A stretch of 64,000 nt of DNA from Vicinamibacteria bacterium (GCA_964291235.2 OZ219815.1:1248001-1312000), one strand, 5' to 3'; shown: positions 1 to 10,521, counted from the first letter of the stretch. Translations and numbers: made by a program. Notes: generated by a model from the sequence alone, not told the origin.

Positions 1-646
1 CCTGGTGGGCGCCTGGCTCTTGCTGGTCGTGGTCCTGCCGGCGAGCGTGAACATCGCCGCGGGGCTGCTCCATCCGTTGCCGTCCCGGGTGGAGATGATC
101 ACCGCCCAGCGCGAGGCCTCGAACGAGGCCGTGAACCAGCGGAGCGAACTGCTGGCGCGCTATCTCGAGGATCACCCCGAGCTGGCCGGCGGGGTGGCGG
201 CGGACGAGGCGAATCGCGCCGCGTTGGCGTGGGCCGCGACCGATGCGGTGAATCGCCGGCTCGAAGAAGTGACCGGCGTGTACGACGAGCGCCTCGCCGC
301 CCAGCGGACCCTGGTGCGCCGCTACCGTTTCCTGTCCCCGGCGCTCCTGGCCCAGGAGGCGCTGCTGGATGCGGCCGGTACGGGAGACGCGCGCTTTGCG
401 CTCTTCCGGTCCCAGGTCCGTGAATTCGCGGACCACTGGCGGAGCTTCTTCGTCCCCGCCATCCTCGCTGGCGAACGGATGACGGCCGACGTCCTTCCCG
501 GGGTCCCGTCGTTCCGGTTCGTGGACGAGCGGGTCGACGATGTCACGGCCCGGGCGGCGGTTCCGCTCACCACGCTCGGGGCCCTTCTGGTCCTGGTCGG
601 CGCCGGCGCGGTCGGACGCCTGAGGAGAGTGACCGGCCCCGGTTAG
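1..646 (+). CDS. ABC transporter permease, DUF3526-like (5'-truncated by window edge)
   Basis: TM segment WLLLVVVLPA, long helical extracytoplasmic region, LSPALL..ALLDAAGTG motif, C-terminal TM helix. Confidence 0.7.
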   Translation, partial: LVGAWLLLVVVLPASVNIAAGLLHPLPSRVEMITAQREASNEAVNQRSELLARYLEDHPELAGGVAADEANRAALAWAATDAVNRRLEEVTGVYDERLAAQRTLVRRYRFLSPALLAQEALLDAAGTGDARFALFRSQVREFADHWRSFFVPAILAGERMTADVLPGVPSFRFVDERVDDVTARAAVPLTTLGALLVLVGAGAVGRLRRVTGPG

Positions 647-761
647 GAGGGGGGGTCGTCGCGCGACACCGGAGGTACCCTGAACAACTGTCCCCGGCTG
701 GCCTTCTGTCGGAAGCTGCTGGCCGGGTGACGCCGGCGCCGCCTCCTCCGCGCCTCCTCCC

Positions 762-1943
762 ATGACCTCGCCCCCCTACGACGCCATCGTCATCGGCGTC
801 GGGGGCATGGGCAGTGGGACCGTCTACCACCTCGCGAAGAGCGGTGCCCGGGTGGTCGGCCTCGAACGCTTCGACATCCCCCATACGTTCGGCTCGTCCC
901 ACGGGCTGACCCGCATCATCCGCCTCGCGTATTCCGAGGGCTCCCACTACGTCCCGCTGCTGCGGGAGGCCTATCGGCTCTGGCGCGAACTCGAGGACGC
1001 CTCCGGCGAGTCCATCCTCCGGGTGACCGGCGGCCTCGACATCGGGCCCCCCTCGGGGGGCATTGTCCAGGGTTCCCGGAAGTCCTGCGTCGAACACGGC
1101 CTGCCGTTCGAGGAACTCGACGCCGGGGAGGTGAACCGGCGGTTCCCCGGCTATCAGCTTCCTCCGGAGATGGACGCGATCCACCAGCCGGACGCGGGAT
1201 ACCTGCACAGCGAGACGGCGATTTCGGCCCACGTCGCGGCGGCGCGCGACCTCGGCGCCGAGATCGCCACCGGCGTCCGGGTGTTGGGATGGGAGAGGAC
1301 TCCGGCGGGGCTACGCGTCGAGACGGATGCCGGCCGCTACGAAGCGAGAAAGCTGGTAATCGCGGCCGGTTCGTGGGTCGGCGACCTGCTGCCGGACCTC
1401 GGGGCGAGGTGCCGGCCCGTCCGGCAGGTCATGCTGTGGACGGACCCGCTCGATCCACCGGTATTCGAGCCGGACCGGTTCCCGGTGTTCGTTCTGGAAT
1501 CCCCGATCGGCAACTTCTACGGTTTTCCCGACAACCGGGGCGAGGGATTCAAGATCGGCAAGTTCCACCACCTCCGGCAGGACGTTCCCGATCCGGACGC
1601 CATGGATCGGGAGTGCCACCCGGAGGACGAGGCCGTTGTGCGCGAGGGGATCGAGGCCTTTTGTCCCCGCGCAAACGGCCCCACCCGCCGGATGACGGCG
1701 TGCATGTTCACGAACAGCCCGGACGGGCACTTCATCCTCGACCGTCATCCGGACGATGAGGACGTCTTCGTCGCCGCCGGGTTCTCGGGCCACGGCTTCA
1801 AATTCTGCGGCGTGGTCGGCCGGATCATGGCGGACTGGTGTCTGGAACGGCCGCCGAGGTGGGACCTGAGCCCATTCGGACTCAAGCATCACCGTCCTCC
1901 CCGGGTCGCGCACGCCCCGCCCGGCAGCGAAGGAGCCGCGTAG
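762..1943 (+). CDS. solA: N-methyl-L-tryptophan oxidase / monomeric sarcosine oxidase family flavoprotein
   Basis: GVGGMG FAD motif, GSSHGLTRIIRLAY, CMFTNSPDGHFILD (covalent-FAD Cys), GFSGHGFKF. Confidence 0.85.
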   Translation: MTSPPYDAIVIGVGGMGSGTVYHLAKSGARVVGLERFDIPHTFGSSHGLTRIIRLAYSEGSHYVPLLREAYRLWRELEDASGESILRVTGGLDIGPPSGGIVQGSRKSCVEHGLPFEELDAGEVNRRFPGYQLPPEMDAIHQPDAGYLHSETAISAHVAAARDLGAEIATGVRVLGWERTPAGLRVETDAGRYEARKLVIAAGSWVGDLLPDLGARCRPVRQVMLWTDPLDPPVFEPDRFPVFVLESPIGNFYGFPDNRGEGFKIGKFHHLRQDVPDPDAMDRECHPEDEAVVREGIEAFCPRANGPTRRMTACMFTNSPDGHFILDRHPDDEDVFVAAGFSGHGFKFCGVVGRIMADWCLERPPRWDLSPFGLKHHRPPRVAHAPPGSEGAA

Positions 1944-2027
1944 AACGAAGGGTTTCGGCGGCTCGGGTTCCGGCGGGCCGGCCAGCTTTCCGTTTCGTCA
2001 TGCTGCGGGCTCGGTACCCTGCACCGG

Positions 2028-2948
2028 ATGAGGTTCCGAAGGCGCATCCGCTGGTCGGCGGCGTTCGGGCTTCTGCTCGTTCTCGGTGCGGCTCCTCCGC
2101 GGCAGCCATCCCCCTCCGCGATCACCGTCGCGACCTGGAACATCGCCTGGCTCGGCGACGGGGTTCGGGACGAGGTGCTGCGGGGCAATCAACGGGGTGG
2201 TCACTACCTCCGCCGGGAGGTCGATTTCGAGCGCCTCCGCGAGGTCGTGTCGAGGCTCGCGACTCTTGGCGTCGCGGCTGTCGGCCTGCAGGAGGTCGAA
2301 AACGCCGCTGCCGTCCGCCGGATCTTTCCGAAAGCGGAGTGGGACCTCTTCCTTTCCCGTCGCGACACCGATCCGGAATGGGCGCAGCGCACCGCCATCG
2401 TGGTGCGGCGCGCCGCGGGCTGGCGGGCCGAACACCACTCCGATGTCGTCGAATGGAATCCCCAGGGCCGCGACCGTCACGGAGTGGACGTGACCCTCAC
2501 GCGGGGAGAGGAGCGGGTGCGCGTCCTGACCCTTCATTTCCAGTCGGGTTGCCACGGGGATCCCCTGGACTCCGGAGAGCGGCCCTGCGGATTTCTGCGG
2601 ATGCAACTGGCGGTGCTCAAGGGCTGGCTCTTTGAGCGGCTGGGGGAGGGGACTCCCATCGTGGTGGCCGGCGATTGGAACCGGTTTCTTTCCCGTCCCG
2701 GCGACGAAGTGGCGAGGGCGCTGCCGGGGGATCCGGTCATCCTGCCGTCCGCGGGCAGTTCGCCGACCTGCTGGGGCGGCCACTTCGACCACTACGTGGA
2801 TCACGTGGTGGCGTTTGCTCCGCCAGGCTGGCAGGCGGTCTCCCGTGCCTTCGAAGAGGTGCGCTACCGGGCGCCGGATTCGCTTCGTGACCGGCTCTCC
2901 GACCACTGTCCGCTGGTCGCGACGCTGGCTTTCGAAGAGCGCCGGTAG
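2028..2948 (+). CDS. Exported endonuclease/exonuclease/phosphatase (EEP) family protein
   Basis: Signal-like N-terminus; ATWNIAWL, GLQEVE, VAGDWN, SDHCP motifs. Confidence 0.85.
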   Translation: MRFRRRIRWSAAFGLLLVLGAAPPRQPSPSAITVATWNIAWLGDGVRDEVLRGNQRGGHYLRREVDFERLREVVSRLATLGVAAVGLQEVENAAAVRRIFPKAEWDLFLSRRDTDPEWAQRTAIVVRRAAGWRAEHHSDVVEWNPQGRDRHGVDVTLTRGEERVRVLTLHFQSGCHGDPLDSGERPCGFLRMQLAVLKGWLFERLGEGTPIVVAGDWNRFLSRPGDEVARALPGDPVILPSAGSSPTCWGGHFDHYVDHVVAFAPPGWQAVSRAFEEVRYRAPDSLRDRLSDHCPLVATLAFEERR

Positions 2949-3065
2949 GCCCCTTCGGCAGAAAATGACGGACACTTAAGTTTCTGCTTGAAGTGCCGGC
3001 GACAGGCTGTCGTACACTGACCGTTTCTGTCTCCTCCGGCCCCTCCCTTCCGTCTCGAAGCCACC

Positions 3066-6000
3066 TTGGCGCCTGCTTGGCGCCTGCACTTTTGGGCGCC
3101 TGACGTCGCACCTGGCGAGTTGGCTGGATGGTTACGCCAGCGGGTAGGAGACCGGTGGCCGGCCCCGGGGTCGGCCGCCACCTTCGAGTCGGCATGGCCG
3201 GGAGGCGCCGGGCCCGGACTGACGCTCTCGCCGCTTGAGGCGGCGGCAACGCTCGCCGCGTGCGCTCCCCGCGATGGGGATCCGGACTTCCGGTCGGCCT
3301 CGCTCCGGTTCTGGTCGCTTGCCAACCGCTTTCTCCTGGGCCTTCTCTCGCGCGGCCGGTTCCGCCCGACGGTTCACCGGAACGGTGGTGACGGCGCCTC
3401 CCTGTGGCGTGCGGATCTCGGCTCGCAGCAACGGGAGCTCGACGCGCTTCGGCTCGCCGCTCCGGCGGCCGCGCTTGGGGGCCTTGACGCCGAGACGGCC
3501 ATCAGCGGCTATCTGGTGTCGCTTGGAGACAACGTCATTCGAGACGCGGGCCGGCGCCTCGGCTGGTCGCCGGGCGCGGTCGGGGCGCCGCGGGGCCGGC
3601 GCGAGGTTATCGAGCGGATCCTCGACGACCTCTTCGCGGGCGCTTCCGGCGGGCTCGACCGCGAAAGTACGGAATCCCTCGGGCAGGTGGACGGCGCTCT
3701 CGGCGGGGACGCGGCCGAGTCCGCCGCGGGCGCCGTCGGAAACGCCCGACTGGTCTTCTTGTTGGAGCCTCCCGCCGAGAATGCCCAGACCGAAGCGACC
3801 GCGACCGACCCCGACGAGCGCCGCTGGCGCATCCGCTTCCGCCTGTCGATGCTCGTGGTCTCCGGAGCTGCCGCCGCCGAAGCCAACGGTGCGGACGATC
3901 CGGCGGGCGCCGAGACAGCGCTCATGCCGCTGAGCGAGGTCTGGAGCGCGCGTGACGCGGCGGCAAATCTCAGGCGCTTCGGGATTGCCGATCCCGCGAT
4001 CCCCCTCCTTGAAAACCTGGGCCGGGCGGCCCGCGACTGTTCCCTCCTGGAGCGGGGCTTGGAGTGCAGCGCTCCCGAGGAGGTGTGGATTTCGGCGGCC
4101 GAGGCGTACGAGTTCCTTCATGAAGGTCAGGCGGCGCTCGCCCAGCAGGGGTTCGAAGTTCGCATTCCGCCCACGCTCGCCGGACGGCGCGGACGAAAGC
4201 CAACCCTCCGGCTCACCGTCCGCCCGCAGGCGGGCTCGCCGGGCCCCCTGCCGCGCACGGTCCGGTCGTCGGAACTTGCCGGGTCCCCTCCCGGCGGCGG
4301 GGTCGGCCTCGATGCCTTGGTCAACTACAGCTGGCAGGTCGCGATTGACGACCACGCCTGGACGCTCGACGAATTCCGGCGTTTGACCCGCGGCAAGCGC
4401 CGCCTGGTCCGGGCGAGCGATTCCTGGGTGGAGCTGGATCAGGATGCGGTCAATCGGCTCCTCACGGAAGCGGCGCGCCGGCGCGCGCACGCCGATCGGT
4501 CCCCGGTGTTGCGGGACGCGCTGCGGGAGCGCCTGCGGCTCGCTTCGACGGCGCCCGACCTCTTCGAGCCGGAGGAGACGGCGCCGGTGCTTTCCCAGAT
4601 CGAGGGAGAGTCCTGGATCGGATCCTTGTTCAGCGCACTCGAGGCGGCGGCCGAGGAACTGGGCCCGCTCGATCCGCCTTCCGGTCTCAGGACGGAACTC
4701 CGCCCCTATCAGCGGGTTGGGTATGGCTGGCTACGCCTGCTCGCGGAACACGGCCTTGGCGGTTGCCTCGCGGACGACATGGGACTCGGCAAGACCTGTC
4801 AGGCGCTCACTTTCCTGCTCGGAGAACAGGAAGCGGGCCGGCTGACCCGGCCGTGGCTCCTCGTCTGCCCCAACTCCATCGTCGCCAACTGGAGGAAGGA
4901 AGCGCAGCGTTTCGCGCCTTCGCTGCGCCTGCACGTGCGTCAGGGGGCGGGACGGTCGCGCGGAGCCGAGTTGCAGCGAGCTCTGGACGAGAGCGATCTC
5001 GTGGTGTGCTCCTTCGGGATTACCCACCGCGATTTCGATCAGCTACGGGAGGTGGAGTGGGGCGGCCTGATCGTGGATGAGGCCCAAAACCTCAAGAACC
5101 CGGGCGCCAAACAGACCCGGGCGGTGCGGCGGCTCGTGGCGCCGATCCGTTTCGCGCTGACGGGGACGCCACTCGAAAACCGCCTCACCGACCTGTGGTC
5201 CATCATGGAAATCCTGAACCCGGGTTTCCTCGGCCCGGAACGGACGTTCCGGCGAACGTTCACCGCCGCGGTCGAGGGAGCCCAGGATCCGGAAGCCACC
5301 GAGGAACTCCGCCGGCTCGTCCGCCCGTTCATCCTGCGCCGGCTGAAGACCGATCCCAAGGTCATTCGCGATTTGCCGGAGAAGCACCAGACCCGCGTCT
5401 ATTGCAACCTCACCCCGGAGCAGGCGTCGCTCTACCAGGCGGCTGTGGATCAGTGCCTCGAGCGGATCGAGCGCAATACCGGGTTCGCCCGGCGGGGCGA
5501 GATTCTCCGCACCCTCACGCGGCTCAAGCAGATCTGCAACCACCCGGAGAACTTCCTCGCCGCTGGCGGGTTGTTGGCTGGCCGTTCCGGAAAACTGACC
5601 CGGCTCGTCGAGATCCTCACCGAAGTCGTCCAGCAGGGGGAGCGGGCGCTGGTCTTCACCCAGTTCGCGGAGATGGCGAAGCTGCTTGCGCCCTATCTCT
5701 CAGAGGTATTGGACGCGGAGATTCCGGTGCTGCACGGGTCGGTGTCGCTCCGGGAGCGGGACGCCATCGTGACCCGTTTCCAGGAAGCGCAGGAACCGCC
5801 TCCGCTGCTCGTGGTGTCGCTCAAGACCGGCGGATACGGGCTGAATCTCACCCGGGCGAGCCACGTGGTGCACTACGACCGGTGGTGGAACCCCGCCGTC
5901 GAGAACCAGGCCACGGACCGGGCTTTCCGGATCGGCCAGAACAAACGGGTTCTGGTCCACAAATTCCTGTGCACCGGCACGCTCGAGGAACGCATCGCCG

Positions 6001-6128
6001 ATCTGCTTGAGCGGAAGTCCGCCTTGGCGGAATCGGTGATCGGGACGGGAGAGGGGTGGTTGACGTCGTTGACTTCCGAGGCGCTTCAGAACGTGTTGGT
6101 GCTTGCCCCGGAGGCGGTTGTCGAATGA
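3066..6128 (+). CDS. SNF2-family helicase/ATPase (YwqA-like)
   Basis: LADDMGLGKT (Walker A), VDEAQNLKN, LTGTPLENRL, LNLTRASHVVHYDRWWNPAVENQATDRAFRIGQ; TTG start uncertain. Confidence 0.92.
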   Translation: MAPAWRLHFWAPDVAPGELAGWLRQRVGDRWPAPGSAATFESAWPGGAGPGLTLSPLEAAATLAACAPRDGDPDFRSASLRFWSLANRFLLGLLSRGRFRPTVHRNGGDGASLWRADLGSQQRELDALRLAAPAAALGGLDAETAISGYLVSLGDNVIRDAGRRLGWSPGAVGAPRGRREVIERILDDLFAGASGGLDRESTESLGQVDGALGGDAAESAAGAVGNARLVFLLEPPAENAQTEATATDPDERRWRIRFRLSMLVVSGAAAAEANGADDPAGAETALMPLSEVWSARDAAANLRRFGIADPAIPLLENLGRAARDCSLLERGLECSAPEEVWISAAEAYEFLHEGQAALAQQGFEVRIPPTLAGRRGRKPTLRLTVRPQAGSPGPLPRTVRSSELAGSPPGGGVGLDALVNYSWQVAIDDHAWTLDEFRRLTRGKRRLVRASDSWVELDQDAVNRLLTEAARRRAHADRSPVLRDALRERLRLASTAPDLFEPEETAPVLSQIEGESWIGSLFSALEAAAEELGPLDPPSGLRTELRPYQRVGYGWLRLLAEHGLGGCLADDMGLGKTCQALTFLLGEQEAGRLTRPWLLVCPNSIVANWRKEAQRFAPSLRLHVRQGAGRSRGAELQRALDESDLVVCSFGITHRDFDQLREVEWGGLIVDEAQNLKNPGAKQTRAVRRLVAPIRFALTGTPLENRLTDLWSIMEILNPGFLGPERTFRRTFTAAVEGAQDPEATEELRRLVRPFILRRLKTDPKVIRDLPEKHQTRVYCNLTPEQASLYQAAVDQCLERIERNTGFARRGEILRTLTRLKQICNHPENFLAAGGLLAGRSGKLTRLVEILTEVVQQGERALVFTQFAEMAKLLAPYLSEVLDAEIPVLHGSVSLRERDAIVTRFQEAQEPPPLLVVSLKTGGYGLNLTRASHVVHYDRWWNPAVENQATDRAFRIGQNKRVLVHKFLCTGTLEERIADLLERKSALAESVIGTGEGWLTSLTSEALQNVLVLAPEAVVE

Positions 6129-6799
6129 GCGACGGACTGCCGTGGTGGGCGGCGGACTTTCTCAGGGCATCGCGCAACGGCGCCGAAGGCCGGCCCCGGG
6201 GGCGGGTGACGGTCGTTCCGGGCCAGGCGCGGGCGCTCGTGGAGGGGCGCGGATTCCGCCCGACCGCGGTCGCCCTGGAGACTCCCGTCCTGGACACGCG
6301 CAGATGGAGTGCGTTCTTCGAGGTGTTTGCCGGAGAAGCCCTCTTTCCGGCGGCTCTCCTCGCGGGCTATCTGCCGCGTTCGGCCAAATCGGTCCTCGCC
6401 CGGGCGGGGGTGCGCCTGGTGCCGTCGCCGAGCCGGCTCACGGTGGGCCCGCCCGGCTGTCCCCCCGAAACCGTCGCGCGGGCACTCCTCCTGATCGCTG
6501 AGCATTTCGCCGCCGATCCCTTTCGGCTGCTGTTGTTTCGGGGCGCCGACCGCCAGTCGGTGATCAGCGGAATCGCCCGGCGCTGGAAGGCGGGCGGAGC
6601 CGGCCGGCCGGCGATCCAGCTCGATGAGCTTCAGGCCATCCTCGACCAGGCGCCTGATTCCGGTGCGGATTCGCTGCTGCCCGTGGTCCAGCGGGCCGAG
6701 GCTTTCCGCGACGATCCGATCCTGCGCGGCAACCTCGCCCGCCTCTACACGAAGGTCTCGGAACGCGCCGCCGCCGTCTCTCCCCGTTCCCGGTCCTGA
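6125..6799 (+). CDS. SWIM-type partner of SNF2 helicase (YwqB-like), zinc finger degenerate
   Basis: ATGA overlap with the SNF2 stop; ALLAGYLP and AEHFAADPFRLLLFRG resemble the SWIM-partner family, but CxC...CxH is missing. Confidence 0.7.
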   Translation: MSDGLPWWAADFLRASRNGAEGRPRGRVTVVPGQARALVEGRGFRPTAVALETPVLDTRRWSAFFEVFAGEALFPAALLAGYLPRSAKSVLARAGVRLVPSPSRLTVGPPGCPPETVARALLLIAEHFAADPFRLLLFRGADRQSVISGIARRWKAGGAGRPAIQLDELQAILDQAPDSGADSLLPVVQRAEAFRDDPILRGNLARLYTKVSERAAAVSPRSRS

Positions 6800-6819
6800 C
6801 CGGGCCGGGAAGGGCTGTT

Positions 6820-7743
6820 TCAGCCCTCGTCCCACTCCCATCGTTCGGCCTCCCGGATCGTGTCGCGGCGCGCCAGGAAATAGGCCAGACCGAGGCAGAT
6901 TCCGAAGAAGAGTCCGATCGCGTGGGCCCGGTAGCTCACTTCCGGCCGGATGGATGTCGGAACGAGAACGACCAGGAAGAAACCGATGACCCGCACCAGC
7001 CGCTTCAGGACGGAGAGCCGGCGCTCGACCAGCACGTAGAGCGTGAGCCAGGCGCCGGCCAGCAGGTAGAGCATCCCGGAGGCGCCAACCACCCGGATAT
7101 TCGGGGGGTAGCCCTCGAGCGTCACCGCGAGCGCGACGGCGGAGAGCGGCACCGCACTCCACGGATAGAGGCTCGGCCCGAAGGCCCCGTACGAGAGGTA
7201 GATGAGCCAGGTCAGGAAGACGGCGTTCGAAAGGAGGTGGATTGGGTCGGCGTGGGCCGCGAGGGCGGTCACCAGCCGCCACGTCTCTCCGTCCCCGAAG
7301 ACCTTTTCGCCGCTCGCCGGAAGTACGGCCGCGAAACCGGGCGGCCCCCACCAGTAGAGCGCGCTGACGAGCACCAGCACCCCGAGAGTCCAGGCGACCG
7401 CGCGGGCGGCGTCCTTGCCGGGCTTTTTCGACAGGAGCGTCGAAACGACGTGAGGTTCGGAGAGGGAGTCGCCGGGCGGACCGCTCGCAACCCGGCCCCG
7501 AAACCCGGGGCCCGAGGGATAGCGCCCCGCGGGTTCCGGCCGCCCGACATCGGAACCCTCGGGCTGCGTGAACTCGTCGTGCTCCCAGAGATCCGGGCCG
7601 CCCGCCTCTTCGTCCGGCCCGGGCGGATCGTCGTCAGGCGGCGCGTCCGGATCGGGAACTTCGCGGAGTCGCTCTTCCCACTCGGAGCCGGAGGCCATCC
7701 CCGGGGGTGGCCACTTCGGTTTCCTGCGGCGCCAGAACGTCAC
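6820..7743 (-). CDS. Rhomboid family intramembrane serine protease with acidic/Pro-rich N-terminal extension
   Basis: WRLVTALAAH, HLLSNA, catalytic VGASG and AHAIG; start at GTG 7743 or ATG 7698. Confidence 0.85.
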   Translation of the reverse strand: MTFWRRRKPKWPPPGMASGSEWEERLREVPDPDAPPDDDPPGPDEEAGGPDLWEHDEFTQPEGSDVGRPEPAGRYPSGPGFRGRVASGPPGDSLSEPHVVSTLLSKKPGKDAARAVAWTLGVLVLVSALYWWGPPGFAAVLPASGEKVFGDGETWRLVTALAAHADPIHLLSNAVFLTWLIYLSYGAFGPSLYPWSAVPLSAVALAVTLEGYPPNIRVVGASGMLYLLAGAWLTLYVLVERRLSVLKRLVRVIGFFLVVLVPTSIRPEVSYRAHAIGLFFGICLGLAYFLARRDTIREAERWEWDEG

Positions 7744-7865
7744 GAGACAGTATTCTCCGCGCCCCGGCCGGCGGACTCGTCCCTGGGCTTTCGTTTTCGC
7801 ACGCGCCGCGGCCGTTTTTTTATCCCGTTTTCCTGTCCGGTCGCCGGATTCCGACTCGTATCGCC

Positions 7866-9080
7866 ATGCCAAAACGTATTGCCCTCGCCTATTCCGGCGG
7901 ACTCGACACCTCCTGCGCCATTCCCTGGCTGAAGCAGAACTACGACGCCGAAGTCCTCGCGGTCATCGCCGACGTGGGCCAGAACGAGGACCTCGAGGCG
8001 GCCTCGCAAAAGGCCATCGCGTCCGGAGCCTCCGCGGTCTTCGTCGAAGATCTCCGCGACGAGTTCGTCGGCAGCTACGTCTATCCGGCGGTGCGGGCCG
8101 GCGCGGTGTACGAGGGTCGCTATCTCCTCGGGACCTCGCTCGCGCGCCCGACGATCGCCAAGTACCAGGTCGAGGTCGCCCGGCGCGAAGGCGCGGACGC
8201 GGTCGCTCACGGCTGCACCGGCAAGGGGAATGACCAGGTCCGTTTCGAACTCGCCTTTCACGCCCTCGCTCCCGACCTCGAAGTCATCGCTCCCTGGCGC
8301 CTCTGGGACATCCGCTCGCGCGAGGACGCCCTCGACTACGCGGCCCTGCACGGGGTGCCGGTCGAACAAAAGACCGGCGATCTCTACAGCCGCGACCAGA
8401 ACCTCCTCCACCTGAGCCACGAGGGCGAGGATCTGGAGGATCCCTGGAACGCCCCTCCCGCCAGTCTCTACCGCATCACCCGGAATCCGGACCAGACGGA
8501 GCCGGCGCCGGAAACGGTGGATGTGGGTTTCGAAAGCGGTATCCCGGTCTCGGTGGACGGCGAGGGACTCGCCCCGGCCGCTCTGCTCACCCGGTTGAAC
8601 GAGGCGGGAGCCCGCCACGGCGTGGGCCGGGTGGACATCGTGGAGAACCGTCTCGTCGGCATGAAGTCCCGCGGGGTGTATGAGACGCCGGGGGGCACGA
8701 TCCTCCACGAAGCCAAGAACGCGCTCCAGAGCCTCACCCTGGACCGGGCGACCGACCACTTCGCGGCTTCGGTGGCGCTTCGCTACGCCGAGCTGGTGTA
8801 CGACGGCAAGTGGTTTTCCGCGCTTCGTGAAGCGCTGGACGCTTTCTTCGCCGAGGCGCACCGGAACACGACCGGGACGGTTCGGGTCCGTCTTCACCGG
8901 GGGGTCGCCCAGGCCGTCGGAAGGCAGAGCCCGAAGAGTCTCTACCGGGAAGACTTCGCCACCTTCGGCGCCGATGAGGTGTACCGGCAATCGGACGCCG
9001 AGGGCTTCATCCGCCTCTTCGGCCTGCCCGAGCGCATCCGGCGTCTTTCCGGCGTGGATTCGCCGGCCGAGGAGTCATGA
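7866..9080 (+). CDS. argG: Argininosuccinate synthase
   Basis: LAYSGGLDTS, HGCTGKGNDQVRFE, ENRLVGMKSRGVYETPG. Confidence 0.98.
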   Translation: MPKRIALAYSGGLDTSCAIPWLKQNYDAEVLAVIADVGQNEDLEAASQKAIASGASAVFVEDLRDEFVGSYVYPAVRAGAVYEGRYLLGTSLARPTIAKYQVEVARREGADAVAHGCTGKGNDQVRFELAFHALAPDLEVIAPWRLWDIRSREDALDYAALHGVPVEQKTGDLYSRDQNLLHLSHEGEDLEDPWNAPPASLYRITRNPDQTEPAPETVDVGFESGIPVSVDGEGLAPAALLTRLNEAGARHGVGRVDIVENRLVGMKSRGVYETPGGTILHEAKNALQSLTLDRATDHFAASVALRYAELVYDGKWFSALREALDAFFAEAHRNTTGTVRVRLHRGVAQAVGRQSPKSLYREDFATFGADEVYRQSDAEGFIRLFGLPERIRRLSGVDSPAEES

Positions 9081-10432
9081 AACTCTGGGGCGGGCGGTTC
9101 GCCGCGCCGCCCGCGGACGCCCTCGACCGCCTGGGGAAGTCCATCCACTTCGACCGGCGGCTGCACGCCGAGGAGATTCGCGTCAACCAGGCCTACGCCC
9201 GCGCGCTGGCGAATGCCGGGGTGCTGGATTCCGGGGAACTCCAACGGATGCTCGGCGGGCTCGACCGGGTCGCCGCGGCGCTCGCCGCCGATCCGCCGCC
9301 GCCCCTCGACGACGAGGACATCCACACCGCGGTGGAACGGATGCTCTTCGACGAGATCGGGGAGCTGGCCCGGAAGCTGCCGACCGGACGGAGTCGCAAC
9401 GATCTCTCCCAGACGGAGTTCCGCCTCTATCTCGCCGGGGCGGTCGGTTCGCTGACCCAGGCGCTCGACCGCCTCCGGCACGTCCTGCTCGCCCGGGCGG
9501 AAGAGTCCGCGGACACGCTGGTTCCGGGGTACACCCACCTCCAGCGGGCCCAGCCGGTGGTGTTCGGCCACCTCCTGCTCGCCCATTTCTGGGCGTTGAC
9601 ACGGGACCGCGAGCGTCTCGAAGCCGCCGCGAAGCGGGCCGCCGCCTCCCCGATGGGGGCGGGAGCGCTCGCCGGAAACCCCTACCCGGTGGACCGCCGG
9701 GCGATCGCCGACGAACTGGGGCTCCCCGAGGTCCTCGAGAACAGCGTGGACGCCGTGGGGGCCCGCGACTACGCGATGGAGTTCCTCGCCGCCGGCGCGA
9801 TCCTGGGAGTGCACCTGTCCCGGCTCGCCGAGGATCTCGTCCTCTGGTCCTCCGCCGAGTTCGGGTTCGTGCGGCTGGACGATGCCTGGTCCACCGGGTC
9901 GAGCCTCATGCCGCAAAAGCGGAATCCCGACGGGGGCGAACTGATCCGCGGGAAAGCCGGCCGCCTGATCGGCAACCTGGTCGCGCTGCTGACCGTGGGG
10001 AAGGGACTCGCGGTCGGCTACCAGCGGGATCTCCAGGAAGACAAGGAGCCGTGCTTCGACACCCTGGACACGCTGCGCCTCGCGCTTCCGGTCGCCGAGG
10101 GCACTGTCGCCACGATGCGGATTTCCGAGGAGCGGATGCGGGCCGCGCTCTCCTGGGATCTCCTCGCCACCGACCTCGCGGAATACCTGGTGGAGCGGGG
10201 CCTTCCCTTCCGCGACGCCCACCGGGTCTCCGGAGAGGTCTTCGCCCACTGCGAGCGGGAATCCGTCGCGCCGCCGGACCTCGATCTCGCCGTGCTGCGC
10301 AGCTTTTCGCCGGTCTTCGGCGACGATGTAAAAGAGGTCTGGGACTACCGCGCTTCGGTCAACCGCCGGAGCGTTCGCGGCGGCGCCGGAGACATCCGGA
10401 CGCAGCTGGAAGCGGCCAAAAAGACGCTATAG
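9077..10432 (+). CDS. argH: Argininosuccinate lyase
   Basis: KLWGGRF, TGRSRND, GYTHLQRAQP, STGSSLMPQKRNPD; ATGA overlap with argG. Confidence 0.98.
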   Translation: MKLWGGRFAAPPADALDRLGKSIHFDRRLHAEEIRVNQAYARALANAGVLDSGELQRMLGGLDRVAAALAADPPPPLDDEDIHTAVERMLFDEIGELARKLPTGRSRNDLSQTEFRLYLAGAVGSLTQALDRLRHVLLARAEESADTLVPGYTHLQRAQPVVFGHLLLAHFWALTRDRERLEAAAKRAAASPMGAGALAGNPYPVDRRAIADELGLPEVLENSVDAVGARDYAMEFLAAGAILGVHLSRLAEDLVLWSSAEFGFVRLDDAWSTGSSLMPQKRNPDGGELIRGKAGRLIGNLVALLTVGKGLAVGYQRDLQEDKEPCFDTLDTLRLALPVAEGTVATMRISEERMRAALSWDLLATDLAEYLVERGLPFRDAHRVSGEVFAHCERESVAPPDLDLAVLRSFSPVFGDDVKEVWDYRASVNRRSVRGGAGDIRTQLEAAKKTL

Positions 10433-10437
10433 GGGCC

Positions 10438-10455
10438 GGCGGCCTCCAGGCCGGC
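10438..10455 (+). repeat. REP-like palindromic unit
   Basis: ggcggcctccaggccggc, 17/18 match to the gccgRcctccaggYcggc unit at 28296, 51187 and 51939; immediately after the argH stop. Confidence 0.55.
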
Positions 10456-10521
10456 GCGGTGGCTGGGATGGAAATCATGCATTCGGCATGCACGAAATCC
10501 GCCTTGGCTTGAGACCGTTCG

